DNA of 64,000 bases from an uncultured virus (IMG/VR IMGVR_UViG_3300007735_000789) (taxonomy: Duplodnaviria > Heunggongvirae > Uroviricota > Caudoviricetes), in the IMG/VR virus record IMGVR_UViG_3300007735_000789. One strand, given 5' to 3'. A program made the position numbers and the translations under genes. Below the pieces are notes generated by a model. The model was not told the origin of the DNA. It saw only the letters and a program-made list of their open reading frames with translations, and did no database searches. Positions 47,417 through 56,532 of this stretch are shown one piece after another; position 1 is the stretch's first letter; every line of letters starts with the position of its first letter.

Positions 47417-48037
47417 TTATCTCCACTTAGTGTAAAAATACAACCTGTCTGCTCTAGCGGTGTCCGGAGGCCCCGGAATGGCTTGAATAAACTCACCTCC
47501 ACTGCGCTCAAAACGGTACCGAGCTGTAACAGGGTCTTTATAGTTAGGAACGTAAAGCATATGCGCTAAACGATCACACTCAAATTGATAGTTTTCGCGC
47601 CAAATCCGAGCAGTTTCGCGTTTATCTTGAACGTTAATAGACCGACTAACGTCACCAAGAATAGTTTCCTGACGACTGGTTGCTCTGCCGGTAGCTAGCT
47701 CAGTTAACCGCTCAGCGTCTTCGCAACGCTCAAGCTGTCCAACAATTTTATCGTAATAAAACTCAGAAGGGATACTACTGGTCGCTTCAAGCAAGCGAGC
47801 GTAGTCACCAGCAGGCACTGTGGCAATATTATAACCTAGATGATATGCAACACGACTAAAATTATAATCATCTAGCCTGTATCCAAAAGTTTGTGCTGGA
47901 TTACGGGTTAGTTGGTTAACAGCCGCATAAATTATTTCCCTTTTAGTCGCATCAGTCTGTGTAGCTTGAAAAACTACACCCTGTTGCGATAAGTAACTCT
48001 GAATTTGCTCAAGTTCTTGTTGCGAGAATTGAGACAC
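47417..48037 (-). CDS. Conserved-type structural protein (possible head-tail connector)
   Basis: 206 aa downstream of the capsid genes; function inferred from position only. Confidence 0.6.
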   Translation of the reverse strand: MSQFSQQELEQIQSYLSQQGVVFQATQTDATKREIIYAAVNQLTRNPAQTFGYRLDDYNFSRVAYHLGYNIATVPAGDYARLLEATSSIPSEFYYDKIVGQLERCEDAERLTELATGRATSRQETILGDVSRSINVQDKRETARIWRENYQFECDRLAHMLYVPNYKDPVTARYRFERSGGEFIQAIPGPPDTARADRLYFYTKWR

Positions 48038-48093
48038 GACACTTTACCGCTATGTACTTCTATTCTAATTGCGTAAAATATTAAATAAATTGA

Positions 48094-48531
48094 TTATTCG
48101 ACATAAACTACGCCGCCTTCCAACACTTCAGTCCAGTCAACCCTGCTGATTGCCTTCAACTGATCCAATTTGGTGAAGCGCTCACCGGGCATCGACTGTT
48201 GCAGTTCCTTAATTTCAACCGCCGTCTTGATTCCTACACCTTTAAGTACTTGAGTTAGTCGTTCCGGAGTCGCACTATTGATGTTTACGCGATTCTCAAA
48301 AGGAATCTCTGGTTGAATAAGTTGGCGACCACGGCGCTTCAAGGCGGGTTTTGCGCTTGTTTTCTCTTCTGTAGCTTCTACAAACTCAATTTGACCTTTA
48401 TGGGCAAAAAATACTTTGCCAGTGGTCACGGAACGTACCATCTTGTACTCTCCTTCGTCATGTTCACTTAAAATTACAACTTTGACCCCGCTGGGCGTAA
48501 AAACAACCTCTTGAAGTTGAGCGACAGTCAT
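48094..48531 (-). CDS. Helix-hairpin-helix (ComEA-like) DNA-binding protein
   Basis: VNINSATPERLTQVLKGVGIKTAVEI...FTKLDQLKAI. Confidence 0.8.
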   Translation of the reverse strand: MTVAQLQEVVFTPSGVKVVILSEHDEGEYKMVRSVTTGKVFFAHKGQIEFVEATEEKTSAKPALKRRGRQLIQPEIPFENRVNINSATPERLTQVLKGVGIKTAVEIKELQQSMPGERFTKLDQLKAISRVDWTEVLEGGVVYVE

Positions 48532-48596
48532 TATGTGGGTAGTGTCTAGAGTTAGTTTACTAACAGATTATAATTTAGGTAGGTGTTTTAGAAAAA

Positions 48597-49058
48597 ATGG
48601 GTATTCCAAGTTGGTTAGGTAAGTTAGCGGGACCGGGGCTTGATGTAATAAATGCTGTTGCTGAATTTGGCAGAGCTAAAGACGCTGGGATCTCTTCACC
48701 ACAAGCGGCTATCCGAGCAGCTTCAGGTTTAGGAGCAGGAATAACGGCATACACGCCCGTAGGTGCTGCTGCCACTTCAGCTCCAGGATTATTACGAATG
48801 GCAGCCGAGGCTTTAAATAAACAAAAGATAAAAGAGACTATTGGTATTGACCCGCTTTACGGGAGAGGCGTAAACCCTCGTCAAATCGAAGCAGGAGCTG
48901 CATTCGCAGACTATTTAAATCCCATGGAGTGGGCATACAAAGCAGCAGATGCACTGAATCCTGAACTTCGCGGGGCACCCAACTTCAGTCAAAATCCAAA
49001 CACTAGGTTGCAACAAATACAAGATTTTTTAAATCGTCAAAAAATAGCAAACCAATAA
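48597..49058 (+). CDS. Orphan protein on the opposite strand within the structural block
   Basis: 153 aa with its own TATAAT upstream; contains KLAG and FADYLNP. Confidence 0.65.
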   Translation: MGIPSWLGKLAGPGLDVINAVAEFGRAKDAGISSPQAAIRAASGLGAGITAYTPVGAAATSAPGLLRMAAEALNKQKIKETIGIDPLYGRGVNPRQIEAGAAFADYLNPMEWAYKAADALNPELRGAPNFSQNPNTRLQQIQDFLNRQKIANQ

Positions 49059-49080
49059 AAAACCCCCTCCGAAGAGGGGG
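49057..49080 (-). terminator. Rho-independent terminator after the capsid operon
   Basis: 7-bp stem with a UUCG loop on the - strand followed by U6. Confidence 0.85.
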
Positions 49081-49100
49081 CAGTATTTGCTCTAAAGAGA

Positions 49101-49970
49101 TCAAGCAGGAACGGTAGAGGTGTAAACGTTTGACTCCACCAAACCAGCAGGTTGGAGGGCCAGATCGTCACGACCAGGAGCGTCGTCAGCCAGAACCCAG
49201 CAGACTTCGCAAACAGCCAGAGCCTTGTTCTTGCCACTGAGCCTGCCGTTAGCAGCCCGAGGATCGAACACACCGGAAGCTTGACCCAAACCGGAAGCTG
49301 TGGCACCACCAAGGTTGGTAACGGCAAACAGCTTGTACTGAGTTTCGGTACCAGTCCGATACAGAGTAGAGCTATTCCACACGTTATTGGTGTTAAAAGC
49401 GCCGTTGGCAATACGGCTGTTGCTACCGGCAAGGGTAACAAAGAAACCAGAAGCAGAGGGAGTGGTGTTAAGACCAACGCCCACAGCGGGGCCAAGACCC
49501 AGGGTGGGGGTAGAAGTACCACCGCCAACACCGCTGCTGATTACGTCGCCGCCGTCAACACGGACGGACAGACGATAAACATAAGCACCAGAAGGCACCT
49601 TGATACCGTCAGTGATGTCGGCACGAACATCCTTGTAAGCATCCGGAGAAGGGATGATCACAGCGGCGTTGGTGAACGCGACGTTAGCACCATTCAGACC
49701 CGAGCTATAAGCCTGAGTGTAATAGTCGATTTGGTTGGTACCCAAAGCTTGGAACGACAAATCGACGTAGCCAATAGCTTGTTGGGCAACCCAGCCAGGT
49801 TGGAACACCACGCCAACAGGACCGCCAATGGGCTGGTTGCTGTAGGTGGTTTCGGTATCGTTCTGGTTACGGAACTGGAAAGACTTTTCGTCGTGCCAGT
49901 AACGAAGAACGTTGGTGTAGTTCCCAGGATAGATCTTGGAAACTTGAAGCTGGTTAGCGTTAGTAGTCAT
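49101..49970 (-). CDS. Putative capsid decoration/second capsid protein
   Basis: Directly after the major capsid gene, strong GGAGG SD, biased codon usage. Confidence 0.7.
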   Translation of the reverse strand: MTTNANQLQVSKIYPGNYTNVLRYWHDEKSFQFRNQNDTETTYSNQPIGGPVGVVFQPGWVAQQAIGYVDLSFQALGTNQIDYYTQAYSSGLNGANVAFTNAAVIIPSPDAYKDVRADITDGIKVPSGAYVYRLSVRVDGGDVISSGVGGGTSTPTLGLGPAVGVGLNTTPSASGFFVTLAGSNSRIANGAFNTNNVWNSSTLYRTGTETQYKLFAVTNLGGATASGLGQASGVFDPRAANGRLSGKNKALAVCEVCWVLADDAPGRDDLALQPAGLVESNVYTSTVPA

Positions 49971-49984
49971 GGTTAATTACCTCC

Positions 49985-51100
49985 TCAAACGTTAAATGAG
50001 TAGGCAACAGACACGAAGTCAGCGTTCAGAAGTTCAAAACCTGCGTACAGGCTCCAAATCATCATGATGAAACGGCTGAAATCGTCGTTGTTGTTGAGCA
50101 ACACTTGGGCATTGTTGCCACCGATGCCAACACCAACAGCCTGAGGACCGAAGAACATACCGATTGCACTGTCGTACGTAGACGCAGTACCACCGATAGT
50201 TGCCGCAGCAGTTTGAGAAGGCATGTTGGTGGATTCAAAGAATCGCACACCTTCAAAAACGAAACCAGTAGGCATGATGGGTTCGCCAGCCACGAAAGTA
50301 GCTTGACCGAAACCTTGACCCATGTAGATAGCAGCGTTAGGCTGCATAGCTGACATGAGGGGATTGATCTGACCGTTGCCGGGGTAGCGAGCCACCTCAC
50401 GGAAGTCAGAGTTCTGACGCAGGTGCATCAGGAAGGTAGGATCGCAAACGCAACGGTAGAACCCATCTTGGTAGGTGGGGGTATTACGCTTACGCAGGGA
50501 CTTGACCACCCGAAGAAGGTCATCCTTAACGTCAAACTTGGCTTGCTCAGAGTTGGTGTAGGTCAAAGAACCAACAGCCAAATCGCCAGGGTAGTAGTAA
50601 CCACCTTGGGTATCTGAAGACTTGCCCTTAGAAACAGCTTTCAGGAGTTCGTTGATGAACACCCGATCGCGCCACCGGCGATAGTCATCCAGAAGGGTGA
50701 GGCTACCAATGGATTGGTGGAACGCAGTAAGGTTACCGGTATCGAGCAGCAAACGCTGAGCGGTAATCAGTGTCTCACGTGCGATCTTAAAAGTGCTAGC
50801 TTGTGTAGGATCGTTAGGATCTGCAGGACCTGTATACTCACGAAGAGTTACGAGTACCTTATCCTTAACGATGTTGCGGCTGCTAGCAGTACCGATGGTT
50901 TGCTCTGCAGTACGCTCACGTGACTCCTTGCTGCCTGGGTTTCCCCAGAACCTGTACCTGTCAAGCTGCACAGTCTGCCCTGGCTGCTTACTGAAGTCAT
51001 GAACGACTACAGGCTCCGCAGCCATCTCTACAACGTACGCAGGATGCGGACGGTACAGTTCGGCACCGAGCAGCTTCGGAAAATCATTATCGACGAACAA
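49985..51100 (-). CDS. Major capsid protein (N4-gp56-like), TTG start
   Basis: KQPGQTVQL, VTLREY, FEGVRFFES, FGPQAVG, DDFSR...W; 371 aa; position after portal and scaffold. Confidence 0.85.
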   Translation of the reverse strand: MFVDNDFPKLLGAELYRPHPAYVVEMAAEPVVVHDFSKQPGQTVQLDRYRFWGNPGSKESRERTAEQTIGTASSRNIVKDKVLVTLREYTGPADPNDPTQASTFKIARETLITAQRLLLDTGNLTAFHQSIGSLTLLDDYRRWRDRVFINELLKAVSKGKSSDTQGGYYYPGDLAVGSLTYTNSEQAKFDVKDDLLRVVKSLRKRNTPTYQDGFYRCVCDPTFLMHLRQNSDFREVARYPGNGQINPLMSAMQPNAAIYMGQGFGQATFVAGEPIMPTGFVFEGVRFFESTNMPSQTAAATIGGTASTYDSAIGMFFGPQAVGVGIGGNNAQVLLNNNDDFSRFIMMIWSLYAGFELLNADFVSVAYSFNV

Positions 51101-51180
51101 AGCGTCAATCTCCGAAAAACTACTCTCTTATTTTAAATTGTTTTTATGTAACTAGTGTACTACTTGTCGCGTTTATAGCG

Positions 51181-51996
51181 TTAAATGCTTTTCTGATTAC
51201 TACTGTTGACTGAAGGACTAAACCGATGAGGAAGAGCGCGAATACCCTCACCACCCACGCCGTAAATAGAACCTAGGTTAAAAGCATACCTAGAGGACTT
51301 ACCTCGATACATGTAGTGAGTCGGAGCGCCCATAAAACCAGGAATACCCGTATAGTAACTTTCAGTAAAAGTCTGACAATAAACCGGAGGATTATAAACC
51401 CACTCGGTACGAGATCCTGTAGTTGCTCCTGCAACAGCTTCTGTGGTTAATAAAGCACCCATATGACGTGGGTGACTAACACCGCCGCCCGTAGTGCCTT
51501 CCGAAGTAGTTAAAGAAGCAGGCGTATTGTATGGGTCGTATGTTTGAGTCGAAGGTGCGTACCCTCCGTAATATGTATACGCTCCCATATCCCGCACACC
51601 GTATTGCGGATTATAGGATGTTAAAACTTTGGCATTTGCAATTGTCTGGGTAGTGTATCCACGGAACCCGTTATAAATGCTCAGTTCGCCACTAGGTGAA
51701 TAGTACTTATAGTCGTAATCAGACCAAAAACCAGAGATAGCAGTAGGTACAGCTCGCCAAGCATCTACTACATAAGCACCAGAGTTAGGTGGACCGATAA
51801 CGGAACGCCCGTAATCGTTGCCTACATCATTAACCCCGTACCAAGAAACTTGATTTCCTAACGAATCAATGTACCCGCTAGAAACTACTAGATATTTTTG
51901 AGTGAGTAAAAGATTATCGTCTGTGTGATTTGGCCCACCTTGAAGTTGATGCGGGCCTGTGTCGTACTTATAATTAACCAGCGAAATGTAACCCAC
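51181..51996 (-). CDS. Y/G/T-rich putative virion protein
   Basis: 271 aa, GTG start. Confidence 0.7.
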   Translation of the reverse strand: MGYISLVNYKYDTGPHQLQGGPNHTDDNLLLTQKYLVVSSGYIDSLGNQVSWYGVNDVGNDYGRSVIGPPNSGAYVVDAWRAVPTAISGFWSDYDYKYYSPSGELSIYNGFRGYTTQTIANAKVLTSYNPQYGVRDMGAYTYYGGYAPSTQTYDPYNTPASLTTSEGTTGGGVSHPRHMGALLTTEAVAGATTGSRTEWVYNPPVYCQTFTESYYTGIPGFMGAPTHYMYRGKSSRYAFNLGSIYGVGGEGIRALPHRFSPSVNSSNQKSI

Positions 51997-52038
51997 GAGA
52001 TCCGTGCTTAGGGCTACTTAAATTATACCTATAGCGAA

Positions 52039-52227
52039 TTAAGCAACAGGAGGAGTTGCTTTTTCATCAATTTTAGCTAAATCTAAAGCAACATTTGTCA
52101 TATCTGTTTGATATTCTTTTTTAAATGCAGCTAATTCGGCTTGCAACGCTTCAATTTGAGCAATAAGCTCAGGAGAATTAGGTTCGGAACGACGCCGAGA
52201 GTGCCCTATATGTTGAACCATGATCAA
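52039..52227 (-). CDS. Small coiled-coil protein
   Basis: 62 aa or fewer; start uncertain. Confidence 0.6.
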   Translation of the reverse strand: MIMVQHIGHSRRRSEPNSPELIAQIEALQAELAAFKKEYQTDMTNVALDLAKIDEKATPPVA

Positions 52228-52397
52228 GATCCTTTATTTTCAGTATACTTCTGGGCTTTCTTTTTTGCTTTGACGTGTTCAGGTAGATTCCCGTGGGTTT
52301 CGTGCTCATATTCCCGGACGGTAGACTCAGGAATCTCTCCGCGTTCGGCTTTTGCGTAAAAAAGTTTACGTTGAGCTTCTGATTTAAAAGGAGCCAT
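52224..52397 (-). CDS. 57 aa basic phage protein absent from the ORF track
   Basis: MAPFKSEAQRKLFYAKAERGEI...NLPEHVK. Confidence 0.7.
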   Translation of the reverse strand: MAPFKSEAQRKLFYAKAERGEIPESTVREYEHETHGNLPEHVKAKKKAQKYTENKGS

Positions 52398-52420
52398 AAC
52401 AAAACTTGCAAGTTCGGTAT

Positions 52421-52468
52421 AAAAAAATAACCCTAATTCGTGTTTTAAGCGAACTAGGGTTTATTTTT
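52421..52468. terminator. Probable bidirectional terminator after the scaffold gene
   Basis: A-run, ACCCTA-a-TTCG...CGAA-c-TAGGGT, T-run. Confidence 0.65.
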
Positions 52469-52484
52469 CATTCAACGGAGGCTA

Positions 52485-53405
52485 TCAAGCAGCATCCAAG
52501 AACAGGAGCTTCTGACGGAAAGCGTCAGGGCTCATTTGACTCAAGAATCGCCACGCCTGTTCGGGGTTTTGATTCATGGTGTTGGAGAAACCTTCCCACT
52601 GAGTGCCGGGATCTTGACGCACAGGGCCGCCAGCAGAGGCAGGAACGGCAGGCATGTCATAACGGGGTTGGTAACCCGCTTGAGGCTGGTAAGAGGTCTC
52701 GTCGGCGTCCACAGGGTACACTTCGGTGAAGAAGCGATTTGTGTAGTCGGCCAACTGATCCGGATCGGTCAAGATATGCTCCATGGCAGAACCACGGGCA
52801 GCGATGGCTTCCATCCGCTCGTTTTGAGCGATCAGAGCATCTTCCAGAGTTACGGAATATTGGTTAAGAATCCCAGGAGCTTCGATACCGAAGTGGTTAA
52901 CGACCTGAACGGTTGCGGCGCTTAGCTGGGGGGTTTGTTGTCCTGCCGTAGAAGTCGGTGAGGAAGTTTGGGTCGTAGATGCGTTGTTGGAGTAGGTCGG
53001 CGCTGCCGTAGGGGCTTGATAAGCCCAGGGTTGGCCCTGTAAATTCGGACTGTACTGAGGAGTAGCCTGCGCCGTTGTTTGGTACTGCGGAGACTGTGCT
53101 GTTTGGCTGGGGAAGGGGGACATTCGTGAGACCACCCGCTCCAGGCTGCCCATCGCTGCTTCCCACGGATTCGACGGGGAGGACGCGGACGGATACTGGT
53201 TGTACTGGTTGCTGGTAGAAAGGCCCGTACCCTGTTGCGCCTGCGACGGCGCTTGGAGCGTAGGTACCGAAGCTACCGCCGGGGTACTGGTTTGCGCCAC
53301 CCACTGGGGGTAGGCGGTTGAGCCCTGGTCCGAGGGCGCCGCCTGGGGGGCTGCTACCGCCGGGGCTACCGGGCTCGGGATTGAAGCTTGGATCTGCTGG
53401 CTCAT
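52485..53405 (-). CDS. Putative scaffolding protein (Q/P/A-rich)
   Basis: Lies between portal and major capsid; disordered N-terminal half and helical C-terminal half. Confidence 0.7.
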   Translation of the reverse strand: MSQQIQASIPSPVAPAVAAPQAAPSDQGSTAYPQWVAQTSTPAVASVPTLQAPSQAQQGTGLSTSNQYNQYPSASSPSNPWEAAMGSLERVVSRMSPFPSQTAQSPQYQTTAQATPQYSPNLQGQPWAYQAPTAAPTYSNNASTTQTSSPTSTAGQQTPQLSAATVQVVNHFGIEAPGILNQYSVTLEDALIAQNERMEAIAARGSAMEHILTDPDQLADYTNRFFTEVYPVDADETSYQPQAGYQPRYDMPAVPASAGGPVRQDPGTQWEGFSNTMNQNPEQAWRFLSQMSPDAFRQKLLFLDAA

Positions 53406-55134
53406 AGCTACCCGAGTAGGTTAGTTCTTGCGCAAGGTGGTCGAACGTCCTATATAACAAGGGCGTCAGGTTTAATCTTGGATCTGCACCGAGTGGCTGA
53501 TCCGGAGCAAGTGGATGTGGCGTTTGCAACATCTGTGATAATAATACTAAAAATTGTTGGAATGCGCTTTGAGTTTGTTGAATCATTCTAAAAGGAAATC
53601 CTTTTAGCATCTCTTCACGTTCAGTATCGGTCTTATCTGGGAACAGGTATCGCAACGCTTCCACGCTGTCAACCCCTAGCTCTTGTAAGTTCCGAACAAC
53701 AATAGATTTTTGATTTATATCGTAAGCGGTGTCCTCATAAACATCTCCTTGATACCTATATGCAACTGTCCGATCTCCATCAGGAGGCAGACCAAATACA
53801 CCTTCAGGTACGGAAGATGTGGATAAAGCCTCCCGCATTAATTGATCCAGCTTCGCATCAAACTTTCGTTGGTCTGATGAGAACCTAATGGCTTCCTCTG
53901 CAGAACCATCAGCAGCAGGTTTTACTGGTTTAAGCTTAATAACTAGAGCAAAACTTTTTTTAAACATCTGTTCTTGGTGGAACAGCATCATTTCCAGTAA
54001 CTTACAGAAACCATAAGTAAGGAAACTTTTATTTTTTCGGAGAGCCGTGGCCTGAGCCCGACCCATAAGACCTTTAATTTCTGTCGCAGTAGCCCCGGCA
54101 GAAACCGAGATTTCATCCACACCGCCAAGAGCTGTACGAATTTCTTCCCGAAGAAGAAGTGCCCAACGATTCATATCCCCGTTAACGGGGTCTGGTGTCA
54201 TGTAACCAACCCGATCGGAAGGTTCGACATTTGCAATAATCCGAGGAACACGCAAACCGCCGATCATCCCGTGCGAACCGAAAGGTTCACTCACACGAGT
54301 TGAAGGAGTATCCCTACCACCAAAACCACTTTGGCTACTGATGGTCGGACGGAAGGTGCGATCAGAATCACTAGCTTCGACCAGATCACTACGTGGGCGG
54401 GAACTGATCAGAGTCGGGTTACCAAAAAACTCAATATTTTTAGCAATATTAGAAATAAGTGTATCGTGTAAAACGATCTGCTCCATAAAAGGTTCAAACT
54501 CACCTTCACCAGAGGTGCCGCTACTGTCAGGTTTGTTTAAAACCTCCACGGCGGGAATAAAACCTAGGGTGTTTTCCCTGGAATTATTGGCAGTCATTAC
54601 ACCGCCGGGTTCTAAATCAAAACTCAGTTCTGTGTTGGATTCAAACTCGGCAATCTTTGAATCTGTTATAGAAATCCGGACGTACCTTTCGTTCAGACCT
54701 GAGATTTCAGAAGGTAATCCAAGATTGGAGTTACGAACTTTATATTTATAAATAATAACGACTTCTTCAATATTCCCATTTACATCGTGATACACACGAT
54801 ATTGATCCTTAGGGAAAAAGTAAATTTGATATTTTAATTTAGGATCAGGGCGAAAGTAAAAAAGGCCGCAACCATCAATTAAAAAGTTCCTAATAATAGA
54901 CGGAAGTCGAATATCAAATTTATTTAAAGTAAGTAAATCATCAATAAATCTTGACCTAGACCGATACGTGTCTTGTTCGCAATAAAAAGTAAGCCCTTTC
55001 TTAATCATCAACAGAGTCATCTGCTGAATATGACTAAGTACGACTAACGTAGTTGCTTGCTTAGATCTGTCCTGGGTCCGCGAAGCTTCAAGAATTTCTT
55101 GAAATCTTTGACGAACCCCGAGCGTGTCGGCCAT
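52897..55134 (-). CDS. Portal protein with long low-complexity C-terminal extension
   Basis: NTLGFIPAVEV, GEGEFE, NIEFFGNP, SAGATATEIK; position between terminase and scaffold. Confidence 0.82.
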   Translation of the reverse strand: MADTLGVRQRFQEILEASRTQDRSKQATTLVVLSHIQQMTLLMIKKGLTFYCEQDTYRSRSRFIDDLLTLNKFDIRLPSIIRNFLIDGCGLFYFRPDPKLKYQIYFFPKDQYRVYHDVNGNIEEVVIIYKYKVRNSNLGLPSEISGLNERYVRISITDSKIAEFESNTELSFDLEPGGVMTANNSRENTLGFIPAVEVLNKPDSSGTSGEGEFEPFMEQIVLHDTLISNIAKNIEFFGNPTLISSRPRSDLVEASDSDRTFRPTISSQSGFGGRDTPSTRVSEPFGSHGMIGGLRVPRIIANVEPSDRVGYMTPDPVNGDMNRWALLLREEIRTALGGVDEISVSAGATATEIKGLMGRAQATALRKNKSFLTYGFCKLLEMMLFHQEQMFKKSFALVIKLKPVKPAADGSAEEAIRFSSDQRKFDAKLDQLMREALSTSSVPEGVFGLPPDGDRTVAYRYQGDVYEDTAYDINQKSIVVRNLQELGVDSVEALRYLFPDKTDTEREEMLKGFPFRMIQQTQSAFQQFLVLLSQMLQTPHPLAPDQPLGADPRLNLTPLLYRTFDHLAQELTYSGSYEPADPSFNPEPGSPGGSSPPGGALGPGLNRLPPVGGANQYPGGSFGTYAPSAVAGATGYGPFYQQPVQPVSVRVLPVESVGSSDGQPGAGGLTNVPLPQPNSTVSAVPNNGAGYSSVQSEFTGPTLGLSSPYGSADLLQQRIYDPNFLTDFYGRTTNPPAKRRNRSGR

Positions 55135-55172
55135 ACCGGTAGTTCAGAAACGAATTTAATTTACGGGCTGAA

Positions 55173-55328
55173 TCAGCCTTTCTTACGCATTTGCTTGGCC
55201 TTACGTGCTTTACGAAGAGCTTCCATACGAGCCTCCTTACTCCCTTCGTTACGTTCCCCACGCTCGTCTTCGTCGTGGGATTTTTTAGAGAAACGCTCGC
55301 GGGCTTCTTCGGATGCGCGGTTAGTCAT
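55173..55328 (-). CDS. Small charged/basic protein
   Basis: MTNRASEEARERF...KARKAKQMRKKG. Confidence 0.6.
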   Translation of the reverse strand: MTNRASEEARERFSKKSHDEDERGERNEGSKEARMEALRKARKAKQMRKKG

Positions 55329-56163
55329 CGGGTAGCAAATACTTCCTAACTCCATCTAGTTTAAACAATTCAGACGGAAGTAGTTCATGTGGGTACGGAA
55401 CTAGTACATGATCTCCGCGCCCCAATGGATCAGTTCCTCCAGCTTTAGCCTTATACGTATCCAGGTAATCCAACATTTCTTGACTGTAAGCAGGAGCATG
55501 TGCGTTGGGTATCTCATCATAACAATGAGAGAACGAAGTAAGCTTTCGTTTCATTCTGGAGGAATCCCCCATCCAAGAAAAATGCCAGCCAGCGTCACAT
55601 TCCCCTACAACTAAGCCGTTGTCCTTCATACGGATTTGTGAAGGAGTCTCCTCAAGGTGATCGTATAGTACAACAGTACCGCAAGTCCAATTATTGGGAG
55701 GTTTAGCCGGATCTCCATTAGGGTCCATAACTCGTAAATCTGCACGACCATAGAACATAGGCATAGAAAGTCGCACACACCGGTCTGGATTATCTTGGGC
55801 TACCTGTACGGCTTGCAAAAGAGCTTCGGGTTTAGGAATTTCGTCAACGTCACTAAAAAAGAAAACCGAATCCGGAGGAGTTAGTCGCATACCCACGGCT
55901 AGGGCATCTCGCTGTGCGTACTCTCGTATCCAAGGATTAAGGGCCACCTCTTTCGGAGGCAGCTCTACGTGAAGCACTTGAATTTTTTCTTCAGGTAGTC
56001 CGAGTTCCCGGATCGTGTCTAAACAAGTAAAGGGTTTTGGGTCACCTTTAAAAGTTAAATTTCCATCTGTAACAATAAATCCGTCAACTATATCTTTTAA
56101 TAAGTTTACCCTCAGTTCTAGGAGTTCTTTTTCATCAAAGTATAAAAAACAGTCGTAAAGCAT
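55321..56163 (-). CDS. Glycosyltransferase family 17-like
   Basis: YDCFLYFDEKELLELR, REYAQRDAL, SDVDEIP, AGWHFSWMG, KLTSFSH. Confidence 0.88.
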   Translation of the reverse strand: MLYDCFLYFDEKELLELRVNLLKDIVDGFIVTDGNLTFKGDPKPFTCLDTIRELGLPEEKIQVLHVELPPKEVALNPWIREYAQRDALAVGMRLTPPDSVFFFSDVDEIPKPEALLQAVQVAQDNPDRCVRLSMPMFYGRADLRVMDPNGDPAKPPNNWTCGTVVLYDHLEETPSQIRMKDNGLVVGECDAGWHFSWMGDSSRMKRKLTSFSHCYDEIPNAHAPAYSQEMLDYLDTYKAKAGGTDPLGRGDHVLVPYPHELLPSELFKLDGVRKYLLPDD

Positions 56164-56183
56164 TTACCCGTTGCAGGCTGTCA

Positions 56184-56483
56184 CTATGATGGTAGCACTG
56201 ATTCGACAGGTACTCCACCACCGGCCTTAAATTCCATGTGATTACCGGCTACACGTTTACGAGCGGCATGCTCTAAAAGACCTCGTTTAAGGTCTTCCAT
56301 AAACCTATGTGAGTTGTGTGCAGGAGAATTCGGATTATATGCTTCCCTCCGAGTAGGAAAATAATCATGCCTCTGAGGACTGTCTACCTGCCGCTGATTC
56401 CTGGTCTGGTCTTGCGCAGCTTCCTCCTGCATGGCATATGCTTCAGAAAAAAATCCGTGCGCTTGCTTAAATGGGTTATCCAT
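56184..56483 (-). CDS. Orphan protein with RVAG motif
   Basis: 99 aa. Confidence 0.65.
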   Translation of the reverse strand: MDNPFKQAHGFFSEAYAMQEEAAQDQTRNQRQVDSPQRHDYFPTRREAYNPNSPAHNSHRFMEDLKRGLLEHAARKRVAGNHMEFKAGGGVPVESVLPS

Positions 56484-56532
56484 GGTTTTGTGCCTTTCTT
56501 AAAAGATACTCGATAACAATAAACAAGGTTAA

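Noticed and set aside
49152..49976. 274-aa + strand ORF (and similar antisense ORFs over capsid, scaffold and fibre genes)
   Set aside because: These are shadow frames produced by codon bias of the - strand genes; they show no motifs or initiation signals.
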